The notes: a model not told the origin generated them from the sequence alone. 64,000 bases of DNA from Bdellovibrionales bacterium (GCA_965205945.1 CBDBIB010000003.1:640394-704393), one strand, 5' to 3'. Shown: positions 50,151 to 61,114, counted from the first letter of the stretch. Program-made: numbers and translations.

Positions 50151-52271
50151 ATGAATTTTAAAAATAAGTTAGTTAAAATGAAAGGGCAGATTACAATTTT
50201 TGTAGCCCTTGTTTTTATGGTTTTGTTTACTTTATTTGGAATGACTATTAGTATGGGCATGTTTGTTCATGATAAAATAAATTTACAAAACGCAACAGAT
50301 TTAGCCTCATACTATGTAGCAACTAAGCAGGCTGAAATGTTAACAGCTATTGCCCATTCAAATTATCAAATTAGGCAAAGTTGGAAGCTTGCAACTTTTA
50401 GGTATAGAGTTATAGGAAACGGTGCAAGATCAATCGGCGGGTACAGACATCCAGGAACCTTTTCTTATCCAGATCAGTATAAGAATGATCATAGTGTTTA
50501 TATACCTGCAAAGGTACATATTAAAGGTAGTAATTTAATTCCTCCAAGAGTGTGTGTTGGTGCTACTTATATGTTTAAGGAGCTCAATACGGATAATGTT
50601 TGTTCGAAGATTAATTTTAGAGTGGGCTATATTCCAGAAGTTAAGTTATATACTTTAGGGAGTAGAGTAAGTCAAACTAATAGGCAAATTAGGCAATCAA
50701 CTATATCAATTAAAAACACTTGCTCAAAAAGTTCTTATATAAACTGGTGGTTTGCAAATACTATTGTTGGCTCCCATAAGTTAGAGCAAAGAGATAGAAG
50801 ACAAGTAATTCAGGCTTTAGCTAACAACTTAGCACTGCCCATTACTATTGAAGGAATGAAGGATTTAGAAGGTAAATCTGTTTTTGAGGGGGCGCTAAAA
50901 ACTTTTCGATTTAATCTTTCAGAGTCTAATCGAGAAGATCTTAATACAGCCACTATTAAGTTTACAAACTCGATGAAAGGGTTAAAACCAGAAGATTGGC
51001 TTAAGCCAATATATATAAATACAATTATTCCGTATTCTTTTATGACAACTACTGGCGGCAAGTGTGAAGAAAAACTGTATACACATACAAATTCTAGCCC
51101 AGTAAAAGGGTTATTTAATTCTGCAGAGGGTTCTTTTGCTGTAAAGTTAAAAAACTATTTAGATCCAGACAATCAGATAGAGTACTATGGTTCTTTAGGG
51201 GCAAATAGTGATAAATTTTTGAATCTTTCTGTAGGGGTTGAGAAAAACCCATGGTATATGGTTTATAACAAAGCAAGCGCAAGCGCTGTTTCTAGACCAC
51301 TTTTTTTAAATGATCTTTTTAAAATAGGAATTCAAATGAAAGCCATAGCATACTCAAAGCCTTTTGGAGGGCGTATTGGCCCATGGTATAAAAGCCAATG
51401 GTCCTCAGGTTCTTTAGAATCTGATAGTGGATACAGAACAGACCCTCTTCTTCCTCCTCGTGTTACTAGTAAAGAACTTGGGAGACCTAAAGAGGAACTG
51501 GATAAAACTCTATGGCCTAACTACTCACGTTTTCCTGGTGATAAAGAGGGGATGACCTCTAAGGCAGCAATGGTTGCAGCAGGTAAAATTATAGGGAAAT
51601 GGGGAATAAATGGTAAGTCTGAAACAAGTGTATTTCATTATCATCGAGCAACCTACTCTTATACAAATACTTTATATAATGATCCATTAGCACAAAATAT
51701 TTCTAAGGAAGGTCAGCCTTGGAATGCTTTTAATCGAAGACTTGAAATTGCTGCCATTGCGCCAGACATGTTTGATATGATTTATTATACAATTGTTCCA
51801 GGCTTTTATGATTATTTTATAGATGGCCCTAATGGAAAACTAAAAGATTGGCTAGTTGTACCAAGCGAAGTACAGGTTCGAGGTGATATAGGTTCTTCTA
51901 ACGAAGGGCCAGTAAAATTTGATATTAAAGATCAAATGAATATTTCTCAACCTTCTGAGCATTTTGATAAGGTTAAAAGAGAGCGCTTGGCGCCATGGTT
52001 GAACAATCCAGGTGGCAAAGCTTTTTTATCTTCATGGATACCGGGTACAGAAGTTATGAATTATGATCCGGCGGATCAGGGTACTGTAAAAGATAGGTTT
52101 GCCAAGTGTAATAAAGGGTTGGCTTCAGACAAAAAGCCTAAAATTCCATCAGAATGTTTAAACGGTGGACGTTCAGGTTATTCTGTTAAAATAATTTCTA
52201 AAAAGTACCTTGAGGCTGATCATCCTATTGGTGGTTCAGGAGTTTCAGGAAAGATAAAAATTGTTTACTAG
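50151..52271 (+). CDS. TadE/TadG-like (Flp pilus) pseudopilin-headed large protein
   Basis: KGQITIFVALVFMVLFTLFGMTISMG...KINLQNATDLAS, a Tad N-terminal motif, followed by a ~650 aa Cys-containing domain. Confidence 0.75.
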   Translation: MNFKNKLVKMKGQITIFVALVFMVLFTLFGMTISMGMFVHDKINLQNATDLASYYVATKQAEMLTAIAHSNYQIRQSWKLATFRYRVIGNGARSIGGYRHPGTFSYPDQYKNDHSVYIPAKVHIKGSNLIPPRVCVGATYMFKELNTDNVCSKINFRVGYIPEVKLYTLGSRVSQTNRQIRQSTISIKNTCSKSSYINWWFANTIVGSHKLEQRDRRQVIQALANNLALPITIEGMKDLEGKSVFEGALKTFRFNLSESNREDLNTATIKFTNSMKGLKPEDWLKPIYINTIIPYSFMTTTGGKCEEKLYTHTNSSPVKGLFNSAEGSFAVKLKNYLDPDNQIEYYGSLGANSDKFLNLSVGVEKNPWYMVYNKASASAVSRPLFLNDLFKIGIQMKAIAYSKPFGGRIGPWYKSQWSSGSLESDSGYRTDPLLPPRVTSKELGRPKEELDKTLWPNYSRFPGDKEGMTSKAAMVAAGKIIGKWGINGKSETSVFHYHRATYSYTNTLYNDPLAQNISKEGQPWNAFNRRLEIAAIAPDMFDMIYYTIVPGFYDYFIDGPNGKLKDWLVVPSEVQVRGDIGSSNEGPVKFDIKDQMNISQPSEHFDKVKRERLAPWLNNPGGKAFLSSWIPGTEVMNYDPADQGTVKDRFAKCNKGLASDKKPKIPSECLNGGRSGYSVKIISKKYLEADHPIGGSGVSGKIKIVY

Positions 52272-53503
52272 CTTGAATTTTTAAATGACAAATGTAGAAA
52301 AACAACAGCAGCTAAAAGAAATGGAAATAAAATTAAAACTGAATAGGTGTTTCCTCCTAAAAGCTTAGCACTTACACCAACAGCTAGGGGCCCTAATATG
52401 GCAGAAAGTTTTCCAAAAACATTTAAGAATCCAAAGCTTAGCCCTTGCTGAGATGCATTAATGAGTGTTGCAAAGTGTGAACGACTTAGTGCTTGAAGAC
52501 CTCCCTGTGAAAGGCCAATAAAACTTGCTAAAAAAGTAAAGGAATAAATATTTGTTATAAAGGGTGAGAATCCAACAACAATAGAATAACATAAAAGTCC
52601 TAAGTAAAGAGCTGCTTGAGTTGTGTATTTTTTAGCAACCCAATTCATGAACAGAGTTCCTGGTACACCAACAATTTGCACATAGATTAAAACCATGATA
52701 AGAGCGTTTTGCGATATCCCCATGCTTAGGCCAAAATCAATAGCCATTTTATACATAGTAAATACAACATCAATATATAAGAAAAACCCTGTTAAGAATA
52801 AGAGAGTTTGTTTGTTTAAACTTTTTAAGAATTTTAAAAAGTTTGAAAAAACTTTTTCAGGTGTATTTGAAATATTGTTTAATTTTTTAATGCCTAATAA
52901 AGGAATTGAAAAAAAGATCCACCAAAGACCCGCAGTTAGAAAACAAAGTTTTACTGGCATGAGAGGAGATGAGAAACCTAAATTTTTATAAAAAACTAAG
53001 GTAAGGCTTTGAAGAAGTAAGAGAAGTCCTCCTCCTAGATAGCCATAAAGATAACCTTTAGAAGAAAGTGTATTTAATTTTTTATGAGAGGGGTTTTTAT
53101 AAATTTTTAAGAATATTCCATCATATTGAGTATTTCCGAAAGCAAAAAGTATGAAAGAAGCTACATATAAAGCTAGAGCCACTTGATATGATCCTTCCTG
53201 GACAAAAAACAAGCTTGCTGTAAAACCACCACCTAAAACAGCGGTGAAAAAAAGAATTTTTTCAGGCTTATTAATTATTTGATCAATGGCATGACCTAAA
53301 AAAGGAAGGAAAAGAACAAGGATTAAAGATGTTGCAGAGCTTGCAAGACCTAAGTAAAGAGTAATTTCTTCAGATAAGAGTCCTTTGCCCCAATAATTTC
53401 TGAGCACTATGGGGAAAAAGGCAGAAGCTACACTAGTTGCAAAAACAGAGTTTGCAAAATCATATAAGACCCATCGTTTAGGGTTATTAAGATTAATAGT
53501 CAT
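52268..53503 (-). CDS. MFS transporter (UMF1/Atg22-like)
   Basis: WVLYDFANS, GYLGGG, QALSRS..A, FG....GK.SAILGP; about 12 TM helices. Confidence 0.88.
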   Translation of the reverse strand: MTINLNNPKRWVLYDFANSVFATSVASAFFPIVLRNYWGKGLLSEEITLYLGLASSATSLILVLFLPFLGHAIDQIINKPEKILFFTAVLGGGFTASLFFVQEGSYQVALALYVASFILFAFGNTQYDGIFLKIYKNPSHKKLNTLSSKGYLYGYLGGGLLLLLQSLTLVFYKNLGFSSPLMPVKLCFLTAGLWWIFFSIPLLGIKKLNNISNTPEKVFSNFLKFLKSLNKQTLLFLTGFFLYIDVVFTMYKMAIDFGLSMGISQNALIMVLIYVQIVGVPGTLFMNWVAKKYTTQAALYLGLLCYSIVVGFSPFITNIYSFTFLASFIGLSQGGLQALSRSHFATLINASQQGLSFGFLNVFGKLSAILGPLAVGVSAKLLGGNTYSVLILFPFLLAAVVFLHLSFKNSS

Positions 53504-53753
53504 AGTTTTTATTATAATTTTTCTCCTAAGAGTTTAGAGCTATTTTTTAAATCTATATAAGAAGGTTTTTTATAAGATTTGGTTTATTTAATTTAAAGTA
53601 AAAATAAGTCAATGTTTACCTTAATTTTTTAACTTGTACTTGTTAAGGTGGCAATGACAGGTTTTTAAGAAACCTATCTAGGTGTAAAGTTTAAAATTTT
53701 TAAAAGCTCTTTTTTAGTTATACTTAAGCTCTTTGCATAAAGCCATGGAAACA

Positions 53754-53833
53754 GCGTTGTTGCACATGAGTGTTTAATCTAGACCAAAGGTTTAAAAAAT
53801 TACTTCCTACCCATTCTAAAATAAATTTAAAAG
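53754..53833 (+). repeat. ~80-bp dispersed intergenic repeat, copy 2
   Basis: Near-identical to 32573-32653. Confidence 0.9.
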
Positions 53834-53889
53834 AAACATATTAAGTATGCTTAACCCTAGTTTATTGTTAAGTAGTCATACAATTTAAT

Positions 53890-56049
53890 TTACAGGCTCG
53901 AATAAAAAGTTTTTTCTGATTGAGCTAGTGCTACTAACGAGTCTGCAGGATTAAATCTTTTTCCATATTTAGATTCATAAATTTCAAGTTGTGAAATAAT
54001 TTCTTTAAGGCCTTGCTTATCTGCATACTTTAAAAGGCCGCCTCTAAATGGAGGAAAGCCTGCACCCATAATCATAGCTAAATCTACTTCATGTGGTTTT
54101 TGAACAATCTTGTCTTCTAATAAAGCACGACTTGCTTCATTCACCATTGTAAATATTCCACGTGTAATGCATTCTTCTTCTGATAACGAATTTTTTCGAC
54201 TTCCTAACCCAAGTTCACTATATACAGTAGGATCAAAACCTGACTGTTTTCCTTTACTGTCATACTTATAAAACCCTAAGCGGTTCTTTTTACCTAACCT
54301 TTTTAAACCCTCTAATTTTTTAACTAAATTTGAAGTTTCTATCCTATCTGAAAATGCAGTTTTAAAAATCTTTAAAACCTTAACGCAAACATCTAAACCT
54401 ACTTCATCCATTAGTCTATATGGTCCCATGGGCATACCAAAAGTATGAGTATACATTCTATCAACTTTTACAACATCCATTCCATCATCTAAAAGAAATA
54501 AAGCTTCAGCAAGCCATGGGAGCAAAAGTCTATTTACTAAAAAACCTGGACCATCATTAACAACAACAGGAAATTTCCCCATATTTTTAGCTAGTTTAAA
54601 TGTAGTCGCTACAACTTCATCACTTGTTTCTTTTCCTCTAATAATTTCAACAAGAGGCATTTTATCTACTGGATTAAAAAAATGCATTCCTACAAATTGT
54701 TTAGGGTTAGGATGAGCCTTGGCCATCTCATTAACAGATAATGATGATGTATTCGTCGCCATAATAGCATCTGGTTTTAGGTTTTTTACTGTTTCTAAAA
54801 TAGTAGTTTTTTTAATATCCATATTTTCAACAATAGCTTCGATAACTAAATCTGTATTTGCAAATCCTGAAAAATCTAAACCTCCACTTAGATGGTTCAT
54901 TTTTTGAGTAAAATCATACTTTGTCATACGTTTTCTTTTTACTTTCTTATTCCAAACTGTAGCAGCAGCTTTAAAGCCTAGTGCCAAGGCTTCTAATGAG
55001 ATATCTTTCATCCTTACAACAATACCTTTATCTGCGGCTAGTTGAGCAATGCCTCCACCCATAGTACCAGCACCTAAAACTGATATATGGCTTACCTTTT
55101 TAGGTTTAACGCTAGGCCCTAGAACTCCTGTAGCTTTTTTAATATCTTCAGTTATAAAGAAAATATTTATAAGATTCTTGCTAATATCTGTTGTAGCAAC
55201 TTTTAAAAAACCTTTTGCTTCTCTTTTTAATAATTTTTCTCTGTTTGAAGAACCATAAGTATCCTTAATAACTGATAGCGCCTCTAAAGGTGCTGGATAG
55301 TGACCTTTTGAAACTTTCATAATATTTTTTCTGGCTCCTGAATAAATGAAATTTCTTAAAAAAGGTCCTTGCATAAATTTAGCAATTCCTTTTCCAGAAA
55401 ACTGTTTCTTTCTTTTTTTAGCCCCTTTTTTAATAATATTTAAAGTAAATTCTTTAACTTTCTTCTCAAAAATCTCCATAGGATAAACTTTATCAACTAA
55501 TCCTATTTTTTTTGCCCTAACAGCTGGAATCAATCTTCCTGTTAAAATAAGTCCTAAGGATTCCACTAAACCAATAACTCTTGGAAGTCTTATACAACCA
55601 CCAAAACCTGGAATAATACCTAACTGAGTTTCAGGCAATCCTATTTTTGTAAACCGATCATCTGAAGCAATTCTATAATCACAGGCTAGGGCAAATTCAC
55701 AACCCCCACCGACGCAAGCACCGTTGATTGCAGCAATAGTTGGAATAGCTAGATCCTCAAAACTGTTCATTAAACCTTGTCCAGATTCAACAGCCTTTAA
55801 AAACTCTTTTTTAGTATTTATTTTTTTAATCTCATTAATATCAGCGCCAGCTATGTAGATTCTAGGTTTTTTAGAGATAATAATTAGAGCCTTTATTTCT
55901 TTATTTATTTTAATTTCTTCTAAAACCTTTTTAAATCTAATAAGAACAGGTTTAGAAAACTTATTTACCTTCTCCCCTTCTAAATCTAATTCTAACCATC
56001 CAATTTGTTTATCTATTCTTAAAGCTACACTTTTTTTCATATCTAACAT
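53890..56049 (-). CDS. fadJ: Fatty acid oxidation complex alpha subunit (enoyl-CoA hydratase / 3-hydroxyacyl-CoA dehydrogenase)
   Basis: AGADI, GGGCEFALACD, GLPETQLG, VLGAGTMGGGIA, NTSSL, GMHFFNP and PGFLVNR. Confidence 0.92.
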   Translation of the reverse strand: MLDMKKSVALRIDKQIGWLELDLEGEKVNKFSKPVLIRFKKVLEEIKINKEIKALIIISKKPRIYIAGADINEIKKINTKKEFLKAVESGQGLMNSFEDLAIPTIAAINGACVGGGCEFALACDYRIASDDRFTKIGLPETQLGIIPGFGGCIRLPRVIGLVESLGLILTGRLIPAVRAKKIGLVDKVYPMEIFEKKVKEFTLNIIKKGAKKRKKQFSGKGIAKFMQGPFLRNFIYSGARKNIMKVSKGHYPAPLEALSVIKDTYGSSNREKLLKREAKGFLKVATTDISKNLINIFFITEDIKKATGVLGPSVKPKKVSHISVLGAGTMGGGIAQLAADKGIVVRMKDISLEALALGFKAAATVWNKKVKRKRMTKYDFTQKMNHLSGGLDFSGFANTDLVIEAIVENMDIKKTTILETVKNLKPDAIMATNTSSLSVNEMAKAHPNPKQFVGMHFFNPVDKMPLVEIIRGKETSDEVVATTFKLAKNMGKFPVVVNDGPGFLVNRLLLPWLAEALFLLDDGMDVVKVDRMYTHTFGMPMGPYRLMDEVGLDVCVKVLKIFKTAFSDRIETSNLVKKLEGLKRLGKKNRLGFYKYDSKGKQSGFDPTVYSELGLGSRKNSLSEEECITRGIFTMVNEASRALLEDKIVQKPHEVDLAMIMGAGFPPFRGGLLKYADKQGLKEIISQLEIYESKYGKRFNPADSLVALAQSEKTFYSSL

Positions 56050-56108
56050 TTTTACTCTTCTTTTTTAATTTGTTTATTTTAATTAATTTTTATAAGTTTT
56101 CTTTATGA

Positions 56109-57455
56109 TTAATTCATTCGCTCAATGATCATAGCACCACCTTGACCGCCACCAATACATAACGTTGCAAGACCAAACTCAACATCTCGTCGTTGAATTT
56201 CTTTCATAAGTGTTATTATTAAACGAGTTCCCGTTGTTCCTACCGGATGTCCTAAAGCTATTGCCCCGCCATTTACATTTAAGATTTCATCTTTAATTTC
56301 ACCCACAGCCTGACTTAGACCTAAGTTATCTTGCGCAAATTTCTTACTTGCAAAAGCTTCTTGGCAAGCTAGGACCTGTGCAGAAAAAGCCTCATTAAGT
56401 TCGATTAAACCAATATCTTTCATTATAAGACCGGCTCTTTTTAAAGCTAGTGGTGTTGAGTATACAGGGCCCAACCCCATACGTTTGGGCTCTAAACCTG
56501 CAAAGCCATAGCTTTTAATTTTTGCAATTGGCTTATACCCTTTAGCTAAGGCTTTTTCTTTCGTCATTAAAAGAACCGCAGCAGCTCCGTCTGTAATAGG
56601 ACAAGCATTTGCAATAGTAACTGTTCCATTTACTTTATCAAAAAAAGGCTTCATTTTTTTAAGATTTTCTAATGACTGCCCTTTTCTTGGGCCAATATCT
56701 TTTGAAACAACTTTATCAAAGTTTTTACCAGCAAATACGGGAGTGATTTCTTTTGCTAAAATCCCATTTTGTTCAGCTTTAATGGCTTTATCATGGCTAT
56801 TTTTTGCAAAAATATCCTGAATTTCTCTGCTTAAACCAAACTCCTTAGCTAAAATTTCTGCTGTCTCTCCCATGCTAATACCTTCAAAAGGGTCTGTAAG
56901 GCCTTCCATAATGGCAATACGAGGTTTAAATTTTGAAGGTTTTAAAGGTGACATTGTTGCAAAGTCTTTTATCTGGCTAATATTTGCACTAAGAAGGCTT
57001 ATTAAGCTCTTTACTTTAGAAAAAGGATTTTTTGCTTTTGATAAAGCTTGTAAACGCCTTACATGTTCATAATTCCATAAAAGTGGGCTTTGAGACATAT
57101 TCTCTGTTCCACCTGAAATAACACAATCCATAGCTCCTGACATGATTTTATCATATCCAGTTGAAATACTTTCTAACGCTGATGCACAGTTTCTATGTAC
57201 AGTTGCTGCTGAAACTGATAGCGGTAAACCTGCACCTAAGGCGACAACTCTTGAGATATTAACTGCATCTGAAGGGCTTCCTACATTCCCCATTAAAACT
57301 TCTTCTACAAGCTTAACATCAAGACTAGTTTTGTTAATAAGCTCAGTTACTGCTATTCTGCCTAAATCGCTTGCATGCACATCTTTTAATGCTGTTCCTG
57401 ATTTTGCAAATGGTGTTCTGACGCCTTCAACAATCACAACTTCTTTATTAGACAT
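56109..57455 (-). CDS. fadI: 3-ketoacyl-CoA thiolase (complex beta subunit)
   Basis: RTPFAK, HRNCAS, NEAFSAQ, NGGAIALGHPVG and LCIGGGQG. Confidence 0.9.
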   Translation of the reverse strand: MSNKEVVIVEGVRTPFAKSGTALKDVHASDLGRIAVTELINKTSLDVKLVEEVLMGNVGSPSDAVNISRVVALGAGLPLSVSAATVHRNCASALESISTGYDKIMSGAMDCVISGGTENMSQSPLLWNYEHVRRLQALSKAKNPFSKVKSLISLLSANISQIKDFATMSPLKPSKFKPRIAIMEGLTDPFEGISMGETAEILAKEFGLSREIQDIFAKNSHDKAIKAEQNGILAKEITPVFAGKNFDKVVSKDIGPRKGQSLENLKKMKPFFDKVNGTVTIANACPITDGAAAVLLMTKEKALAKGYKPIAKIKSYGFAGLEPKRMGLGPVYSTPLALKRAGLIMKDIGLIELNEAFSAQVLACQEAFASKKFAQDNLGLSQAVGEIKDEILNVNGGAIALGHPVGTTGTRLIITLMKEIQRRDVEFGLATLCIGGGQGGAMIIERMN

Positions 57456-57595
57456 ATTTAACCTCGCTTATTTTTAAGCAACATCATCTACCTCACGTTT
57501 GTTTTTGTCAAAACGTGTTCAGATTGACACATAAACTTTTGAGCTCGACACTTATTCTTAAAGAAACTAGTTAAATCTTATGGGGCTTGAGAGTC

Positions 57596-57611
57596 AAATA
57601 ATGCATTATTT
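57596..57611. promoter_or_regulatory. Perfect 16-bp palindrome upstream of maeB
   Basis: AAATAATGCATTATTT is its own reverse complement; lies in the divergent fadI/maeB intergenic region. Confidence 0.4.
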
Positions 57612-57638
57612 ATGCACTACTGCTTAAGAGGATTAAAA

Positions 57639-59942
57639 ATGGATAAAATTGAACGCGACTCCTTAAAATATCATTCAAAAACAACTCCTGGAAAAGTTGA
57701 AGTAATCTCTTCAAAAGATGTCAGCACTGATTATGCTCTCTCGTTAGCTTATTCACCTGGTGTTGCAGCTCCTTGTAAAGAAATAGCAAAAGACCCGCTT
57801 AAAGTTTTTGAATATACATCTCGTGGAAACTTAGTTGGTGTTATTACAAATGGAACTGCTGTACTTGGCTTAGGTGATATTGGTCCTTTAGCAGGAAAAC
57901 CTGTTATGGAAGGAAAAGGTGTTCTTTTTAAAAAATTTGCAAACATAAATGTTTTTGATATTGAAATAGACACTAAAGATATAGAAGTTTTCATTCAAAC
58001 GGTTAAAGCCTTAGAACCAACTTTTGGTGGAATCAACCTTGAGGATATTGCGGCCCCTGAATGTTTTGAAATCGAAGAGCGTTTAAAAAAAGAAACTTCT
58101 ATTCCTATATTTCATGATGATCAACATGGTACTGCAATTATTTCAACAGCTGCATTAATAAATGCATGTGAGTTAACCGAGCGAAAAATAAAGGATATTA
58201 AAATTGTTTTCAATGGTGCTGGTGCAGCTGCAATGGCTTGTGCAAAACTTGTTGTCGATATGGGTGCAGATCCTAAAAATCTTATTATGTGTGATTCAAG
58301 GGGCGTTATAAGAAAAGACCGCACTGATTTAAATAAGTATAAAATTCCTTTTGCTCAAGATACAGCGCTAAAAACGCTTAGTCAGGCCTTAAATGGTGCT
58401 GATGTTTTTATTGGTGTTAGTGTTGGAGGATGTGTTACTGAAGATATGGTGAAGAATATGGCGGATAAACCTATTATTTTTGCCATGGCAAATCCTGAGC
58501 CGGAAATTCGACCAGAGCTTGTGTTAAAAATCTGTCCTAATGCCATTATGGCAACGGGTAGAAGTGACTATCCAAATCAAGTTAATAATGTTTTAGGTTT
58601 TCCATACATTTTTAGAGGAGCTTTAGACGTTAAAGCCACTAATATTACTGAGAATATGAAGCAAGCTGCTGCTTATGCTATTGCAGAACTTGCTAGAGAA
58701 TCTGTTCCTGATGAAGTTTCTCAAGCTTATGATGGTGAGATCTTTCACTTTGGCCCTAATTATATTATTCCAAAGCCTTTTGATCCTCGTGTACTCTTAA
58801 GGGTTGCCCCTGCTGTAGCTAAAGCTGCTATGAAGGATGGGGTTGCGCAAAATCCTATTAAAAACATGAAAGCCTATATTGAAGGGCTAGAAAGGTTTTT
58901 AGGCGCTAAACAAAGTTTTATAAGGCCAATCATAAATAGAATTGTTAGAACAAATAAAAAAATAAAGAACATACCTAAAATCGTTTTTCCCGAAGCCAGA
59001 AGTAGGAAGGTCTTAAAAGCCTGCCAAGTTATTATGGAAGAAGGTTTTGCAGAACCTGTATTGATTGGATCTAAACAAGATGTATTAAGAATAGCTGGAG
59101 AAAATGAACTTCCATTAATTAAAAATATTCAAGTCATTAATCCAAGAACTGCTAAGAACATTAATACTTTAAAAAAAAACCTTTATAAACTTAGAGCAAG
59201 AAAAGGTCTTTTAGAATCTGAGGCTTCTCAATTAATTGAAGATCCCTATTACTACTCAGCTATGCTCGTGCAAGAAGATTTAGTTGATGGTTTAGTCTCA
59301 GGCGCAGCCACAGTATATTCTCAATCTATAAAACCAATCATTGAAATCATAGGGCCTGAAAAAGATAAAGTTATTTCTGGTTTAAATATATTTTTACAAA
59401 ATGGAAAATACTTTTTCTTAACCGACACAACAGTGAATATTAATCCAACAGCTGAAACACTTGCACAAATTGCAATTGATGCTGCTAAAGTAGTAACTTC
59501 ATACAAGCAAACACCTTCGATAGCTTTTTTATCCTATACAAATTATAAAGGGCATGGCAACTCTCCATCAAAAATGAAAAAAGCTGCTAATTTAGTTAAA
59601 GAACACTCTCCTTTATTAAATGTTGATGGAGAAATGCAGGCTGATACCGCAGTAAATAAAACTATTATTGATAGACTTTTTTCTTTTACCAATTTAAAAA
59701 GTGAGGCAAACTTACTAGTATTTCCTAATCTTGATGCTGCAAATATTTCATACAAACTTTTACAACAACTTTCTAAGGGTGAGATGATTGGTCCGATCTT
59801 AGTGGGTGCTAGCAAACCTGTTAATATTGTTCAAAGAACTGGTGGAGTGACTGATATTGTTAATGCTGCAGCTTTAGTGGCTTTAGAGTGCCAAGAAAGA
59901 AAATCTAGAACTCAGGTTTATACTGAAGAAATCAAGTTATAA
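57639..59942 (+). CDS. maeB: NADP-dependent malic enzyme with PTA-like domain
   Basis: [37 protein letters not shown], and C-terminal [18 protein letters not shown]. Confidence 0.96.
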   Translation: MDKIERDSLKYHSKTTPGKVEVISSKDVSTDYALSLAYSPGVAAPCKEIAKDPLKVFEYTSRGNLVGVITNGTAVLGLGDIGPLAGKPVMEGKGVLFKKFANINVFDIEIDTKDIEVFIQTVKALEPTFGGINLEDIAAPECFEIEERLKKETSIPIFHDDQHGTAIISTAALINACELTERKIKDIKIVFNGAGAAAMACAKLVVDMGADPKNLIMCDSRGVIRKDRTDLNKYKIPFAQDTALKTLSQALNGADVFIGVSVGGCVTEDMVKNMADKPIIFAMANPEPEIRPELVLKICPNAIMATGRSDYPNQVNNVLGFPYIFRGALDVKATNITENMKQAAAYAIAELARESVPDEVSQAYDGEIFHFGPNYIIPKPFDPRVLLRVAPAVAKAAMKDGVAQNPIKNMKAYIEGLERFLGAKQSFIRPIINRIVRTNKKIKNIPKIVFPEARSRKVLKACQVIMEEGFAEPVLIGSKQDVLRIAGENELPLIKNIQVINPRTAKNINTLKKNLYKLRARKGLLESEASQLIEDPYYYSAMLVQEDLVDGLVSGAATVYSQSIKPIIEIIGPEKDKVISGLNIFLQNGKYFFLTDTTVNINPTAETLAQIAIDAAKVVTSYKQTPSIAFLSYTNYKGHGNSPSKMKKAANLVKEHSPLLNVDGEMQADTAVNKTIIDRLFSFTNLKSEANLLVFPNLDAANISYKLLQQLSKGEMIGPILVGASKPVNIVQRTGGVTDIVNAAALVALECQERKSRTQVYTEEIKL

Positions 59943-60214
59943 TTCTAGATTAGATAAGGTTAGTGTTGTTGGATGAGTGATAAATTTAATTTTAAAAATT
60001 TTTAAAAGAATAAAAATATAAAATACAGTGGCACCTTTATTAAAGGACTTTGTCGGTATTGGTACGTTAATTTTTTTCTTTAAAATTTAAAAAAAGCTTT
60101 ACAAAATTTAATTTTTTTTTAAAAGCCTCATGGAACGAAACATAATATTTAAAATGTTATTTCTACTAAACTTACATTGACCCTAGATAAGTTGGTTTCT
60201 ATAACTTATTTTTA

Positions 60215-61102
60215 ATGTCTAAAAGTCTTTTTACGGTCTTTGACCAGCCTTTTGAATTTTGGGAAAAAGTAATATTTACGGCTCATTCTATTAAAAACGG
60301 TAATTTTAAGCCTTGTAAAAATTTAGAAAATAAACGTATAGGGCTTTTATTTTTTGAACCAAGTTCAAGAACAAGGTGGAGTTTTGAGAAGGCTTGTTTA
60401 GATCTGGGTGTTCCTTTAATGACCTGTGTTGTTGATGAGTCTACAAGTCTTATAAAAGGTGAGACTAATCAAGACACTTTGGATCTTTATATTCAATTAG
60501 GTTTTGATCTTATAATTATGAGATCAGGTTTAGAAAATGTTTTAAAAAAAATAGCGCTTGAATCAAAGGTGTCTTTTATAAGTGCAGGGTTTGGCTCTGA
60601 ATCCCATCCAACACAAGCTTTATTAGATTATTTTACTTGGACTACTGATTGGAGCCTTGAAGTTAAAAAAGTTCTTATTATGGGGGATCTAAAACACTCA
60701 AGAGTTGCAAGATCGCACATTAGATTTGCTCAAATTTTTGGCTATGAAGTGGGTTTGTTAGCAGCTAAAGGTTATGAAATTTCTAAAGAGGAGCTTTTTA
60801 AGCTAGGCGTGGCAAGAGTTTTTTCCAATAGAGCTTTAGCTATTTCCTGGGCAGATGTAGTGATGCCCCTTAGAGCTCAAAAAGAGCGACATAAAGGTAG
60901 TAAACTTAGTGGCCTGGAGCCTTTTCCCCCTTTAAAAAGTATAGAGCTATCTGCTAACCAAGCCATTATGCACCCAGGTCCTTTTATACGAGATAAAGAC
61001 TTAGAGTCATCATTAATAAAAGATTCAAGGAGTTTAATTTTTAAACAAAAACGTAACGGTGTTTATTGTAGAGCAGCTTTGTTAAGTTGTATGCTTTCTT
61101 AG
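60215..61102 (+). CDS. pyrB: Aspartate carbamoyltransferase catalytic subunit
   Basis: FFEPSSRT..SFE, KGE...DT, HPTQALLD, GDLKHSRVARS, R.QKER and MHPGP. Confidence 0.92.
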   Translation: MSKSLFTVFDQPFEFWEKVIFTAHSIKNGNFKPCKNLENKRIGLLFFEPSSRTRWSFEKACLDLGVPLMTCVVDESTSLIKGETNQDTLDLYIQLGFDLIIMRSGLENVLKKIALESKVSFISAGFGSESHPTQALLDYFTWTTDWSLEVKKVLIMGDLKHSRVARSHIRFAQIFGYEVGLLAAKGYEISKEELFKLGVARVFSNRALAISWADVVMPLRAQKERHKGSKLSGLEPFPPLKSIELSANQAIMHPGPFIRDKDLESSLIKDSRSLIFKQKRNGVYCRAALLSCMLS

Positions 61103-61114
61103 GTAGGAATTATA

